The notes beneath the pieces are model-generated. The model saw only the letters and a program-made list of their open reading frames with translations, made no database searches and was not told the origin of the DNA. Positions 1-10,659 of a stretch of 64,000 nt of DNA are shown here, piece after piece. The stretch is from an uncultured Pseudomonadota bacterium (GTDB lineage Bacteria > Oederibacteriota > Muellerivitia > Muellerivitales > Muellerivitaceae). The translations under genes and the position numbers were made by a program. Location: contig CAWJKT010000018.1 of NCBI GenBank assembly GCA_963843375.1, positions 15,339 to 79,338 on the forward strand. The letters are read 5' to 3'. Position 1 is the first letter of the stretch. Each line of letters starts with the position of its first letter.

Positions 1-1995
1 GTTTCAAACACCCCAACCAATACGGCAACGGCAACGGCAACGGGCACGCCGACGAATACCCCAACAGGTACCGCCACCGATACCGTCACCAATACCCCAA
101 CCGATACAGCCACCCAAACTCAAACGAATACGCCGACAAACACGGCCACCCTGACGCCCACGGGCACACCGACCAATACGACGACAGATACAGCGACTAA
201 TACACTAACGGCCACGGCCACTTCCTCGGCAACAGCCACTGCGACCGGTACGCCCACGAACACTGCGACCAACACACCCACTTCCACGACAACGGCCACG
301 CCTACGAATACGACCACATCTACTGCTACGGGTACGTCCACGAATACAACGACCAGTACCCCAACTTCGACTATGACGCCCACGGCCACGAATACGGCCA
401 CTTCCACGGCCACCGGCACTTCCACTAAAACGGCGACGAATAGCCCCACCGCAACCGCAAGTAGCACTGCGACCCACACCACTACTTTTACCTTTACAGG
501 TACTCCTACCCGCACACTGACTTCTACAGCCACTTTTACACCCACCGCGACCCTGACCAACAGCCCGACTTTCACCGTGACCGCCACAGCCACGAAGACC
601 GCTACCAACACGCCGACCTATACATTCACCTATACGGCCACTCCGTCACCCACATTCACCATGACCTTTACGCCGACTCCAACGCCTTTCCTGACCTTGT
701 CGAAGACCGCTCCGGCCACGGCCCAACCCTTGAGCGACGTTCCCTATACCTTGACTTATTCAAACCTGAATTCAGCTGGAGTTTCCGATGTGGTGGTCAC
801 CGATTCCTTGCCAGCAACAACGGCGGGTACCTATGTCACCGGATCTGCTTCCGGTGGAGGGGTTTATAATTCCGCAACCAACCTTCTGACTTGGACAATT
901 CCCTATGTTCCGGGAAATACGACAGTCCAACTGACATATGAATTGCAAATGGCCATGATGGCGGCCGAATACAACCCAGTGGTGAATACCGCCCAATTGA
1001 CTTACTTTGGAGGTGGAGTCGTCACGGCTACAAATTCAGTCAGTATTATTGGAAATTATGTAGTCAATCTATCCGTCTATAACGGTGCTGGCGAAATCAT
1101 CAAGACCATCGCCGTCTTTACGACCAACATTCCGATTTCAGATTTTTCCGTGACCGGAGGAGTTATCACCACAAACTCGGGCGTCGCCCAGTTCTTCTAC
1201 AACGGGATTCTTATTGGAAGCTGGGATGCGACGTCCACATCGGGCCAGAAAGTGACCAACGGCGACTACATGGTGAAAATAAATAGCACCGATCCCATGG
1301 GTGTGGTCACGACCGTAATTCATGATGTCACGGTTGATATCAGCAGCAGCACCCTGCAAATCGCGGTGTACAACGGAGCCGGGGAAGCCGTGAAGACTTT
1401 CAGCCAGGCGCAGTTGGCGAATCTGTTGACGGGCGGTTCCATCCTGCCATCGGATTACAACGTCACCGCAGCGAAGCTCTCGAGCCAGACCATCGACCCG
1501 ACTTATGGAGCACCCACAAGCGCGGATAATTTGCTCACTATCACTCTGGGTTCTGGCGACAGCTTTACTTGGAATGGAAGGGGAAACAACGGGGCAATCT
1601 TAACACCCGGCGTCTACTTCATCGAAATCCAGTCCCAACTTCCAGGTCAAGCGTCCCAGCAGATCACAATGGAAATTCGTGTAATCGCAAACAATTCCAA
1701 TAATGTCTCGGGAATTGTTCTGGGCCCCAATCCAATCCATTTGAGCCAAACCACCCAGGCACAATTCTTTATCAATAACACGAACCTTCAATTCGACACG
1801 GTTCAAGTCCGGCTCTATACCGTGGCGGGCGAACTGATGAAGACACTCGTGAGTGAGCCAGGGAATCCCTCAGTGGTAGTTTGGGATCTCAGCGGTGGCG
1901 GGGTCGCAAGCGGTGCCTATTTAGCGGTGGTGGAACTTCAATCCAATGGCGGCCTCGTTGGAAGGCAAATCTTAAGAGTGGTGGTTCTCCACTAA
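1..1995 (+). CDS. 5'-truncated Thr/Pro-rich secreted protein with DUF11-like domain, FlgD-Ig-like repeats and C-terminal T9SS-CTD-like domain
   Basis: Frame 1 is open from base 1 as TPTNT/TATAT repeats; LTLSKT...YTLTYSN...VVVTDSLP is DUF11-like; C-terminus GPNP...LYTVAGE...WD...VASGAY...RVVVLH. Confidence 0.8.
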   Translation, partial: VSNTPTNTATATATGTPTNTPTGTATDTVTNTPTDTATQTQTNTPTNTATLTPTGTPTNTTTDTATNTLTATATSSATATATGTPTNTATNTPTSTTTATPTNTTTSTATGTSTNTTTSTPTSTMTPTATNTATSTATGTSTKTATNSPTATASSTATHTTTFTFTGTPTRTLTSTATFTPTATLTNSPTFTVTATATKTATNTPTYTFTYTATPSPTFTMTFTPTPTPFLTLSKTAPATAQPLSDVPYTLTYSNLNSAGVSDVVVTDSLPATTAGTYVTGSASGGGVYNSATNLLTWTIPYVPGNTTVQLTYELQMAMMAAEYNPVVNTAQLTYFGGGVVTATNSVSIIGNYVVNLSVYNGAGEIIKTIAVFTTNIPISDFSVTGGVITTNSGVAQFFYNGILIGSWDATSTSGQKVTNGDYMVKINSTDPMGVVTTVIHDVTVDISSSTLQIAVYNGAGEAVKTFSQAQLANLLTGGSILPSDYNVTAAKLSSQTIDPTYGAPTSADNLLTITLGSGDSFTWNGRGNNGAILTPGVYFIEIQSQLPGQASQQITMEIRVIANNSNNVSGIVLGPNPIHLSQTTQAQFFINNTNLQFDTVQVRLYTVAGELMKTLVSEPGNPSVVVWDLSGGGVASGAYLAVVELQSNGGLVGRQILRVVVLH

Positions 1996-2101
1996 CCCGC
2001 CGCTGGGTGGTTCAAGCTTTTTCGGCGGGGGCACTAAAATTCCGTTAAAAATTTCCAAATCCCGCTAAAATTCAATTATTCTTTACCCATCCATTTAAAA
2101 G

Positions 2102-2710
2102 GTGGGCTATTTGGCGGCGACTGAAAAAAAGGGCAAAAAAGGAAAAAGTTTAAAGTTTTTATTCGGCTATTTGGCGGGTTTTTCTTGCTGGTTGGTGGGC
2201 CTTCCCTGTTTTGAAGAGGACTCCCAAGGCCGGGTGTTTCTTTCATGGCCTAAACTCCTAAAACATCTCAGAAAAGTATTTTTGTGGGCCTTGGAACTGA
2301 CCCTTCTTTACCATCTGTTTGGGATGTACTTTAACTGGCTCTTGGGGGCCACTAGCCCCGAAAAAGTTACGGCGATCCTAGTCAAGTCGGTCGCCTTTCT
2401 TTACGTGAAGGTTTTTTGGCCCAGGGTTTTACCTGAAATTCTTCCCGGCCTCCATGTGTTCTTGTGCCCTCAATGCTACCAACGGCAAACCTTCAAGTTC
2501 CTGCCGGTTTCATTCCGTTATGGATTTTTCGTGACCTATCTTTGCCGGTATTGCTCTTGCCTAGTCGATGGATGGGGAAAACAGATTTTTTATCCTTCAT
2601 CGGTTTCCTTTAAGGATTTGGTCCCGAATTTAGTTAAAACCCTGGTCCCGGTTTTAGTGGTTTTAGCCCTGGGAATGGCGGGGTTCGAGGTGTTTTGGAG
2701 AAATTTTTAA
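2102..2710 (+). CDS. Hypothetical membrane protein with CxxC...CxxC (possible Zn ribbon)
   Basis: Hydrophobic segments; CPQC and CRYC motifs. Confidence 0.55.
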   Translation: MGYLAATEKKGKKGKSLKFLFGYLAGFSCWLVGLPCFEEDSQGRVFLSWPKLLKHLRKVFLWALELTLLYHLFGMYFNWLLGATSPEKVTAILVKSVAFLYVKVFWPRVLPEILPGLHVFLCPQCYQRQTFKFLPVSFRYGFFVTYLCRYCSCLVDGWGKQIFYPSSVSFKDLVPNLVKTLVPVLVVLALGMAGFEVFWRNF

Positions 2711-2766
2711 CGATTTTCAATGACCATCGAGTCTCGCCCTGAAGTCCATTGGAGATTAGGCAAGCA

Positions 2767-3336
2767 TTAATGCGGGTGAGGCTTAAAAAAATACATCAGG
2801 ATGATTAAAACCAACAGTAAAAATCCCAATATTACCGGAAATCGATTCCAAAAGGGAACCGTAATCGAGGACAGTTTGGAGGATAAAAAGGCCTTCGCCT
2901 TCTCGTCCAGGAAATCGACGGGAATGGAAATGGTTGCTCCGGTAGGGGAGATTATCCTCCAAAGTTTTCCGTTTTTTCGGAGACCCTTGAATATCGCCCA
3001 GGGATTTTTCACCGAACCCAATTCCGATTGAATCACCAGGCCCTCGTCCGTCATGCGGTACTTCATCACCGGTGATTTCAGCTTTTTGATCTGGGTTAGA
3101 CTTTTGGAATAGGCCGAATAGAGCAGAAAGCAAAGAAATAGGGGGATGGCCACGGCGGGCAAATAGGACAGATAGGTCTTCCAGTCAGGAACGCCACCCC
3201 GGGAAATAAAGATGTAAATATTGCTGATTAATGCAAGAAAAACGAAGATGACTATAAAGATTAAAGGACGAAACTGGTAATACAAAGTCCACTTCACTAG
3301 CCGTGGTGTAAGAGTTACGGTGATTTCGCGATCCAT
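2767..3336 (-). CDS. YcxB-like membrane protein
   Basis: Two N-terminal TM segments then YRMTDEGLVIQSELG..PW..F..L, typical of the YcxB C-domain; AGGAGG Shine-Dalgarno upstream. Confidence 0.65.
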   Translation of the reverse strand: MDREITVTLTPRLVKWTLYYQFRPLIFIVIFVFLALISNIYIFISRGGVPDWKTYLSYLPAVAIPLFLCFLLYSAYSKSLTQIKKLKSPVMKYRMTDEGLVIQSELGSVKNPWAIFKGLRKNGKLWRIISPTGATISIPVDFLDEKAKAFLSSKLSSITVPFWNRFPVILGFLLLVLIILMYFFKPHPH

Positions 3337-3392
3337 TTTATGGCCCTCCTAATTTTTTTTATTTTCGTCCAATGTTTCCGCGTTTTTTTTGT

Positions 3393-3422
3393 TTGTCCAG
3401 GATGAATCCCCTGATTGGACAA
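3393..3422. repeat. Outlying copy of the 30-bp 12-6-12 dyad site
   Basis: TTGTCCAGGATG-AATCCC-CTGATTGGACAA; arms match the array consensus, spacer differs. Confidence 0.6.
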
Positions 3423-3617
3423 TGCTTGATTGGCCAATAAAAGTTTTCCACTATTGGGTAACCATTTAGGTCATTTTATATAATAGTAGACTCATTCTAT
3501 ATTATTCAGTAGCGGGCTAAACCTCCCAACAACCCCATAAAGCCATTAGGTTATGTTCCTGATTCATCCGCGAGTGTGATACAGTAATAAAAGCATTGCG
3601 AAGCAAGGAGGTACAAA

Positions 3618-3665
3618 ATGGCAAAGAAAGTAAAGAAAACCGCAAAGGGCAAAAAGAGATTCTAA
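3618..3665 (+). CDS. 15-aa Lys-rich peptide MAKKVKKTAKGKKRF
   Basis: AAGGAGG six nt upstream of ATG; intrinsic terminator downstream. Confidence 0.55.
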   Translation: MAKKVKKTAKGKKRF

Positions 3666-3714
3666 CAGGGTGGTTGAAAACTGATTAATAAATACACCGA
3701 TAGTTTTTAACCCT

Positions 3715-3742
3715 AGCCCGAGCGACTCGTTCGGGCTTTTTT
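3715..3742 (+). terminator. Intrinsic terminator
   Basis: AGCCCGAGC...GTTCGGGCT followed by a T run. Confidence 0.75.
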
Positions 3743-3814
3743 ATGACCTTTTTTTCATTCAACTATCAAATCAAGAAAAAAGCCCAAATTTACTGTATAT
3801 ATAATGAAAGCGCA

Positions 3815-3843
3815 TTGACATTTAACCCCGCTCTTCGCAAACT
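3815..3843 (+). promoter_or_regulatory. Putative sigma70 promoter for yccA
   Basis: TTGACA-17 nt-CAAACT. Confidence 0.4.
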
Positions 3844-3875
3844 AAATAAGCAATCATTAAACAAGGAGGAACTTC

Positions 3876-4571
3876 ATGGGCCTTTTAACTCAAGATCAAC
3901 CTATCGCATCAAGTGTCGTTTCCGAAGACGCCCCCACCCAGATGGCTTTTCTTCAGAAAGTTTATTCCCTTTTCTTATTGGGATTGGCTGTGGCCGCCGG
4001 AGGGGCGTTCATAACAATGACGAACCCCGATGTCGCTCGGGCGGTGATGGGACATTTCATTATCGGTATGGTTGTTTACTTCGGGGTCTTTTTTCTGGCC
4101 ATGGCTGTACGCCGGAAGCCCGGTATTAACGTAGTGGCCCTGCTTTCCTTTACCTTCGTTAGCGGTGCTTTTTTGGCGCCTGTACTCATGTTCGCCGTTC
4201 TTAAAACCGGCAATATGGACGTAGTATTCCAGGCTGCTGGCATCACGGGCTCCATTTTCGTTGGGTTGACAGCCTACACCTTCATTTCAAAAAAGGACTT
4301 TTCGTTCCTCGGCGGCATAGTCTACGTGGGCCTTTTTGCGGTGATGGGCATCATGCTGGTGAACATCTTCGTCCAAAGTCAAGCCGCCGACATGGCCGTC
4401 TCCTGGATCGGTTCGGTTTTGTTTTCCCTCTTCATACTTTTTGACACCTCCCGCATCATGCGCACCCACGAGAGCGACGAATATGTGAGCGGGGCCTTAA
4501 GTCTCTACTTGGACTTCATCAATCTTTTCCTCTTTATCTTGCGCCTCCTTTCGGGTGGCCGTCGAAACTAA
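3876..4571 (+). CDS. yccA: Bax inhibitor-1/YccA family membrane protein
   Basis: FLQKVY start, KKDFSFLG, ILFDTSRI and ALSLYLDFINLF motifs. Confidence 0.9.
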   Translation: MGLLTQDQPIASSVVSEDAPTQMAFLQKVYSLFLLGLAVAAGGAFITMTNPDVARAVMGHFIIGMVVYFGVFFLAMAVRRKPGINVVALLSFTFVSGAFLAPVLMFAVLKTGNMDVVFQAAGITGSIFVGLTAYTFISKKDFSFLGGIVYVGLFAVMGIMLVNIFVQSQAADMAVSWIGSVLFSLFILFDTSRIMRTHESDEYVSGALSLYLDFINLFLFILRLLSGGRRN

Positions 4572-4664
4572 TCTTTTTTTTGAATTAGCACTGTCAAACC
4601 CTGCGCCTTGCCCCATGGGTAAAAATAGCTGGCTAATCCCTTGTAAAATACTCGTCAAAACAAG

Positions 4665-4691
4665 AAGCCCTGTGATTTCACCGGGCTTTTT
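4665..4691 (+). terminator. Intrinsic terminator
   Basis: AAGCCCTG...CCGGGCTTTTT. Confidence 0.6.
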
Positions 4692-4919
4692 GTTTTCCTG
4701 TATTGAAAAGGTCTAGTGCGAGTTTCATCGCTCTTCGGAAAACACAATGTGGAGGTCGACAAGGTTTGTAAAAATCCCCTTGGAGTTTAACGAAAAAGGA
4801 CTAGGGGTGGATGTAAGGAGCGAGAGCACTTTTTCCCACAACAAGTGTAAAGTTTCCATAAAAGGAAAAGTTTGTAATTCGAGATCGATTCTGAAGGTCT
4901 GGAGAAAGGATAAAATCTG

Positions 4920-6425
4920 TTGAGGGGGGCTATCAAATTCATAGCGACACTTTTTCCTGACCCCATACGGCTATCGTTACTGAGCCTCTTGGTGGCCGCA
5001 ATACTGCCTTTCCCTCTTTTTGCCAAAGAGTCAAAGGCCGATAGCTTTTTGGGTGTTTGGGGCGTTAAAGTGAATGATTCCGAAGGGCCTGATCGAAACG
5101 ACCGTTTCGTGATCCAGATCAGGAAAAACAAGAAAGAGGATATAGCGGTTTATTTTCAAAACCTAGACGATCTGGGTGGTGGGGAAAATATGCTATTGGA
5201 TCAAGCCACTTGGAAAGGCAATGAGTTAGACGCTGAAAATCACTTCCTGGCCTTAAACCTGATGCCTGACACCTCGGGGATCCTCTTGAAAGGGACACTG
5301 AAGACCTTGGCCGATGGAAAAATTTACCCCATCAGCTTTAGTCGAAAGTTGGACTTCACTCTTCCCCGGGTAGACGCCAATGGAATGGCCATCACCACGT
5401 ATTCTTATCAACTTCCTTCAACTCTTTTAGACGGATGGAAGGTGGGGGATTTAAGGCAAAGCGCCCTGGATCCAAAAATTATCGAAACAGGCGTCGATCA
5501 AATCCTCAACCAGAAATTCCCTTATATTGAAAGCTTGGTCGTCGTTCAAAAAGGCCAATTGTTGTTGGACGAATATTTTAAGGGCCTCGGACCCGGCGAC
5601 AGCCACCAGTTGCAATCCGCTACTAAGTCAGTCCTCTCTATCCTTTTTGGTATCGCCCAAGACCAGGGTTTGGTGAACGAGACCGAAAGGCTTTACAACT
5701 ATTTCCCGGAATACCGCACCCGACCCGGGTGGCAAAAAGATAAGGATTTGATTACGCTGGACGACCTGATGACCATGACCTCGGGACTGGCCTGTGATGA
5801 CTGGACTCCCTCCCAAGATTGCAGTCAGGAGATAGTGACATCCCCGGATTTGCTCTCTTTTGTCCTTTCCCAGCAATTGGTAAACGAGCCTGAGGAACAT
5901 TTCACCTATTGCACCTGCTGCCTGGAACCCCTGGGAGCAATCATCGCCCTCAAGAGCGGTATGTCTGTGCCGGATTTCGCCCAAAAATACCTTTATGATC
6001 CTCTGGGCATTCAAGCTCACGACTGGTGGACTGCCCCCCACCAAGTCACTGAGGTTGGGGGGAGCCATTGGTTGAAGCCCAGGGATATGGCCAAGCTGGG
6101 GACTTTGTTTTTGAACAAAGGTAAATGGAATGGCCGGCAGGTAATTTCGCGGGAATGGGTGGAAGCCTCCACTCAAATCCAGGGACCCACTCCCAAAGAA
6201 CTCCCTTGGAATTACGGTTATTTATGGTGGATGGAAAATATGCCGTTCAAAAACAAAAAGATCCATGTTTTTTTCGCGGCTGGGAATGGCGAGCAATTTA
6301 TTTTCGTGGCACCCGATTTGGATTTGGTCTGTGTCATGACCGGGGACAATTATAAAAATACCCATATTGTCGGGGACCCGAGCGTTGAATTTTTCCAAAC
6401 GTACATTCTTGGGGCTTTTAGGTAA
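4920..6425 (+). CDS. Secreted serine hydrolase, beta-lactamase-related (NylB/class C-like)
   Basis: SATK (SxxK), LMTMTSGL, KPRDMAKLG.LFLNKG.W.G.Q, YGYLWW. Confidence 0.85.
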   Translation: MRGAIKFIATLFPDPIRLSLLSLLVAAILPFPLFAKESKADSFLGVWGVKVNDSEGPDRNDRFVIQIRKNKKEDIAVYFQNLDDLGGGENMLLDQATWKGNELDAENHFLALNLMPDTSGILLKGTLKTLADGKIYPISFSRKLDFTLPRVDANGMAITTYSYQLPSTLLDGWKVGDLRQSALDPKIIETGVDQILNQKFPYIESLVVVQKGQLLLDEYFKGLGPGDSHQLQSATKSVLSILFGIAQDQGLVNETERLYNYFPEYRTRPGWQKDKDLITLDDLMTMTSGLACDDWTPSQDCSQEIVTSPDLLSFVLSQQLVNEPEEHFTYCTCCLEPLGAIIALKSGMSVPDFAQKYLYDPLGIQAHDWWTAPHQVTEVGGSHWLKPRDMAKLGTLFLNKGKWNGRQVISREWVEASTQIQGPTPKELPWNYGYLWWMENMPFKNKKIHVFFAAGNGEQFIFVAPDLDLVCVMTGDNYKNTHIVGDPSVEFFQTYILGAFR

Positions 6426-6437
6426 GGTATTCCATTT

Positions 6438-7196
6438 ATGCTAATCAAATCATTTGTTGCGATTTTTTTTTCGCTTTCAGTTTTGTGTTTTGCCGACGGT
6501 CCACTTTTAGACCACAACAGCCAGGTAGTTGCTTACACGGATTTAAAAGGAAACGGCTTAAAGGAGAAAGTGATTCTCAATGGAAGCCCGTACAATAACC
6601 TAGGCGATTATTATTTCAAAAGCCTCAAAATATTCGAAGACGTCCGATTGGTTTATGAGTTCGATTCTGGAGATGGATTCGATGAAGTTACAGTAGATCA
6701 TTATGTCGTCGCCCCTTTGAGAAACAGCCGAAAATCCCAAATTTTAATACTACTTCGCGGTTCGGACGCAGTGGAATCAAACCTGAAAATCATTGAATGG
6801 GATGGCCAAAAATACGTTGAAACCTTGAACGAGCATTGTCGAACAGCGGATGTCCAGGATCTGGAAAAGAAAGGGGAGTTCCAAATGATTCTGGGCCAAA
6901 GGGACCAAATACCCCATATATATGATTATGATTCCCACTTGGGGGGATACGCCGTCTCGGATCAAAAACACTTAAGTTTCTTTAAAAAATTAATTAAAGA
7001 ATACGAATCTGATTTAGCGGAGGATTATCAAGATAGCACTAGGCTCGTAAAGCTGAAAAAAATCGCTGATGCGGCCAAATTGGTAGGGGACATTGCAAAA
7101 GAAAAAGACGCTCGGCACAGGTTGAGCGAATTGCGGGACAAAATGGCGCAAAACAATAGTTCTTCAAAAGATTCCATCGAACAGACAAAACAATAA
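6438..7196 (+). CDS. Hypothetical secreted protein
   Basis: Signal-peptide-like N-terminus; 252-aa ORF directly after the hydrolase. Confidence 0.65.
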   Translation: MLIKSFVAIFFSLSVLCFADGPLLDHNSQVVAYTDLKGNGLKEKVILNGSPYNNLGDYYFKSLKIFEDVRLVYEFDSGDGFDEVTVDHYVVAPLRNSRKSQILILLRGSDAVESNLKIIEWDGQKYVETLNEHCRTADVQDLEKKGEFQMILGQRDQIPHIYDYDSHLGGYAVSDQKHLSFFKKLIKEYESDLAEDYQDSTRLVKLKKIADAAKLVGDIAKEKDARHRLSELRDKMAQNNSSSKDSIEQTKQ

Positions 7197-7638
7197 TTCC
7201 TTAGCCAACATCAGGCATGAGTTCACCAAAATAAATAATTCAAATCCATTTAAAACTGCAAAGCGTTGAAATGATAGAGAACCGTACTTATTCAACTGTC
7301 CTAGAATCGATTATCAATATCAGGACAGTTTTCCAACAAAAGAGAGGATGAGCCGGGATTTAGATAAATGGTTTAACCAACAATAGCTATTTGTTTATAA
7401 AGAGTCGAATACCTCATATGGATGTGATGTCGGCGACGGTTTTGGAGATTCGACACCGAACTTCTTCATTTTAGGTTTCCAAAAAAATAATGTTCCAAAC
7501 AAAAAAATGCATTTATTAACAAACACTTAATAATCTATTTATTAAAATTAGCAGTAAAACAATCGCAGCTATTGGAATGAATAATGCATAAGTAATACTT
7601 CTCGTTGAAGGCCTCAAGATCAGCTCTTAAGCTGAGGA

Positions 7639-8478
7639 ATGAGTTTTCAAATGGGTCCACAATATCTAATGGAGTCTGAAGCGGAATCAAAGCGCCTCCT
7701 TGTCAAAAACTACCAAGAGAAAACTGTGGAACAACTTATCGAGACCGGAATCCAAAACCTGCCCAGGGGATCTCATTTCGTCGATGCGGGTTGTGGTGTT
7801 GGTCATGTAGCGGAAGTTATGGGCTGCCTCCTCAAAAATTCCATCGAGATTCCCCAGATAACACTCCTCGATTTTTCCGAAAAAAGATTGTCTGGGGCCA
7901 AATCCCGTCTGGAAAAAGCTTCTGATGTGGATTATCACTACATTTCTTGCGATTTGACCCACATCCCCCTTTCGTCCCATTCGGTCGATTATGTTTTCTG
8001 CCGGTTCGTTTTTGAATATCTCTCCAATCCCCAGGCTACATTTGATGAGTTATACCGAATCCTCAAGCCGGGCGGGAAATTGGTAGTGGGGGATTTGGAT
8101 TACAACTGCATGACTCACTATCCACTCGATCCTCAAATTGAGGCGGATCTTTTGAGCCTAGTGCAGACTCTTGAGGAAAAAAAACTTTTCGATCCCTACG
8201 CGGGCCGAAAACTTTATTCCTTCTTCCACCGAGCTCAACTTGAAGACATTCAGGTTCATCTGCATGATCACCATCTTTTCTATGGGGATTTATCCCCCTC
8301 CGATGAATTCAACTGGTTGGCCAAAATCGACAGGTTGATCGAGTACCAAAATGAAGGGAGTCTCAGGTTCTCATTTGACCTGAAGGATTTTAAACGAAGA
8401 TTTTTTAATTTTTTGAGATTTCCGGGACGATTTAGTTACACGCCGCTCATTCTTGTGGAAGGAAGGAGGCCGATATGA
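7639..8478 (+). CDS. Class I SAM-dependent methyltransferase
   Basis: VDAGCGVG motif I, DYVFCRFVFEYL, RILKPGG. Confidence 0.9.
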   Translation: MSFQMGPQYLMESEAESKRLLVKNYQEKTVEQLIETGIQNLPRGSHFVDAGCGVGHVAEVMGCLLKNSIEIPQITLLDFSEKRLSGAKSRLEKASDVDYHYISCDLTHIPLSSHSVDYVFCRFVFEYLSNPQATFDELYRILKPGGKLVVGDLDYNCMTHYPLDPQIEADLLSLVQTLEEKKLFDPYAGRKLYSFFHRAQLEDIQVHLHDHHLFYGDLSPSDEFNWLAKIDRLIEYQNEGSLRFSFDLKDFKRRFFNFLRFPGRFSYTPLILVEGRRPI

Positions 8479-10659
8479 CCGCGGCCGAAACGGAAAAGCA
8501 CTTGATGACAGACAGGGTCTTGGAACACAGCATTTTTTCCAACCGGCCCATTTACATCATGGACAAAAATGATCCAGACAAGAAATCCTCCTTTTTCGTG
8601 GAAGAAATTCTTAAAGATTGTTTTATCGCAGAGGTCGGCCCCGAGAATTTCACTAAGGTAAAGCGCGAGAGCCTGAAGGCTAAGGACCTCCAGGTGGTGA
8701 TTGGACACAAGGACCAGGCTTTTATCTTTTCCTCCCAACTCATGGATTCTTTAGAGGAAACTCCGAGCAAAAAGAAGAAAAAAAGAACACATTTCTTCTT
8801 CCGGAAACCCCCAACAGGCGAGTTGAAGAACCAAAGGGTGGCTACCCGATTCGCCCTCAATAACAATTCCTTTTTGCTGAAGGCGGAGATCAAGGTTACG
8901 AGCAAGCTTGGCGATTTTACATTCGAGACCCGTCACCTTGTGGACCTGAGCCAAACTTCCCTGACGTTGTTCCTGGATCGCACCCAGGGGCTGGTCCTAC
9001 CCGGGGACAGGGTCAAGTCCCTTACGCTTTACAGCCAAAATGAGATTGTCCTAGAAACAGAAGGTTCTGTTCTGCGCACCGACATGAAGCGGGTGAGCGA
9101 GCAGATCGGGAACAGTTATTTCGCAGTCATTGAGATGAAGCGGGAGCCCGTACCAACCCAATGGCCTCTTTCGGAGCAAAACGGCACTTGGGGTATCCGC
9201 ATGGACCGGAACAAAGCTTTCGTCGAGGCAGAGCACTCAATCTTACAGGGATACGGGTTTTCAGGCGAGGTCCGGTACCTTTCTACTTCTAACGTTTCTT
9301 TTTCCGTCGAGAAACAGGAGATACCTTTTGTCGCCGGTATGGTCTTCAACGACATCTACATTAACATCCCCCCCAACGATCTAAAGCTCAAGGCCTGTCT
9401 TCAGATCACTCATTGTAATTCGGAGAATGATCCGGAGGGGAGTTGGTGCGTGGTTTACGGGAAATTCCTTGGCATGTCAATTGACCTAATCAAAGCGGTC
9501 AACCGCCTGAAGGACGGGCTTATCGACCTGCGACTGGTGGAAGCGCAAAGGGAGGATTTTGACCAACTCATGGAGTTCTTCTTCGATACGGGGTTCATCT
9601 ATTCCGCCAAGCGAAAGCAACTCCAGAAGTACTCCGAGGGTGTGAAACGAACCAACCTGAAACTGCTCAAGTCTGATGGCGCCATCATCAAAAAGGTCAT
9701 CTTCAAGGACCACCGCGAAATCAAGGGACATATCTCTGCTCTGAGGTTCTTTGACCGCGCATGGTTGGTTCAGCACATGATGACGCATAACACGCCCGGA
9801 ACGGCAATCGCCCGAGCCATTCTCAATTCCATCTCAAATTTCTTTCAGGACCCCGCCGCCAACCGAAAGGTCGGTACTAATTTCGTGACTTGCTACTACC
9901 AGCCGGGCAATCTCTATCCGGAGATGGTTTTCGGGGAGACCCAGCGAATGGTCGCCAATCCGGATATTTGCGGCATAACTGACCTGGATTTCTGCGTCTC
10001 GGCTGCGGCGGAAACCGGGCCTGAAGAATGTGAGGGGAAAATCAAGGATCAAATGTCATGAGGCCCAAGCCCGAGGATCTGGCGCGCCTGGAATGCCTTT
10101 TGGTGACCCAAGGACATTTCTTTCCCATCCGCATTGAGGGGCTCACCGCCGAGGGAATGACGAAACTCGAAGTGTCCGAGGAATACCGGAAAATTGGCCT
10201 TTACCGCCACCGCCGAGTTTTCGTTGCCAGGGATTCGGATGGGGAGGCCTTTATGCGATTTGCAACTATTCCTCTCCGGGTTGCAACCTGTCGGAACTGA
10301 CGAACTCCTTCCGTTTTTATTATTCCGGCTCAGGGTCGCAGCCTTCCGCGGAGGTGGCCAATGCGCTCAGCCAGCATGTCCTTTCCACTTACCGGGAAAC
10401 GGAGATGAACGCCCCGGCCTTGCTATTGGGTGCCAACCAATTGATACCGGACAAATTCAAAAAAATCCGAAAATACCGTTACTGGTATTTCGACGCAGCA
10501 TTCTGCGACCTTTTTAAGAGAGTTTCCGAATTCAACCTTACCAATGCGAAGGAGATCCTAAAGAAGCTCAGGGCGGGAACCGATTCTGAGAGCGCCAATT
10601 TTGGAAAAACAAATCCAGAAACGATAGACAAAAAGGACAAGAAATATGAGTCTGTCTAG
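8475..10659 (+). CDS. Large protein with PilZ-like N-terminal and possible GNAT-like C-terminal region; two frameshifts (~10050, ~10250)
   Basis: ORFs 8475-10061, 10058-10300 and the frame ending 10659 join into one protein (FFFDTGFIY, WLVQH, YAICNYSSPGCNLSELTN); domain names are from family recall. Confidence 0.55.

Noticed and set aside
120..611. Val-rich minus-strand ORFs (also 34863-36032, 41362-41979)
   Set aside because: Antisense shadows of Thr-rich coding repeats
7294..7330. Inverted repeat AACTGTCCT...AGGACAGTT as another array site
   Set aside because: Arm spacing differs from the 30-bp pattern
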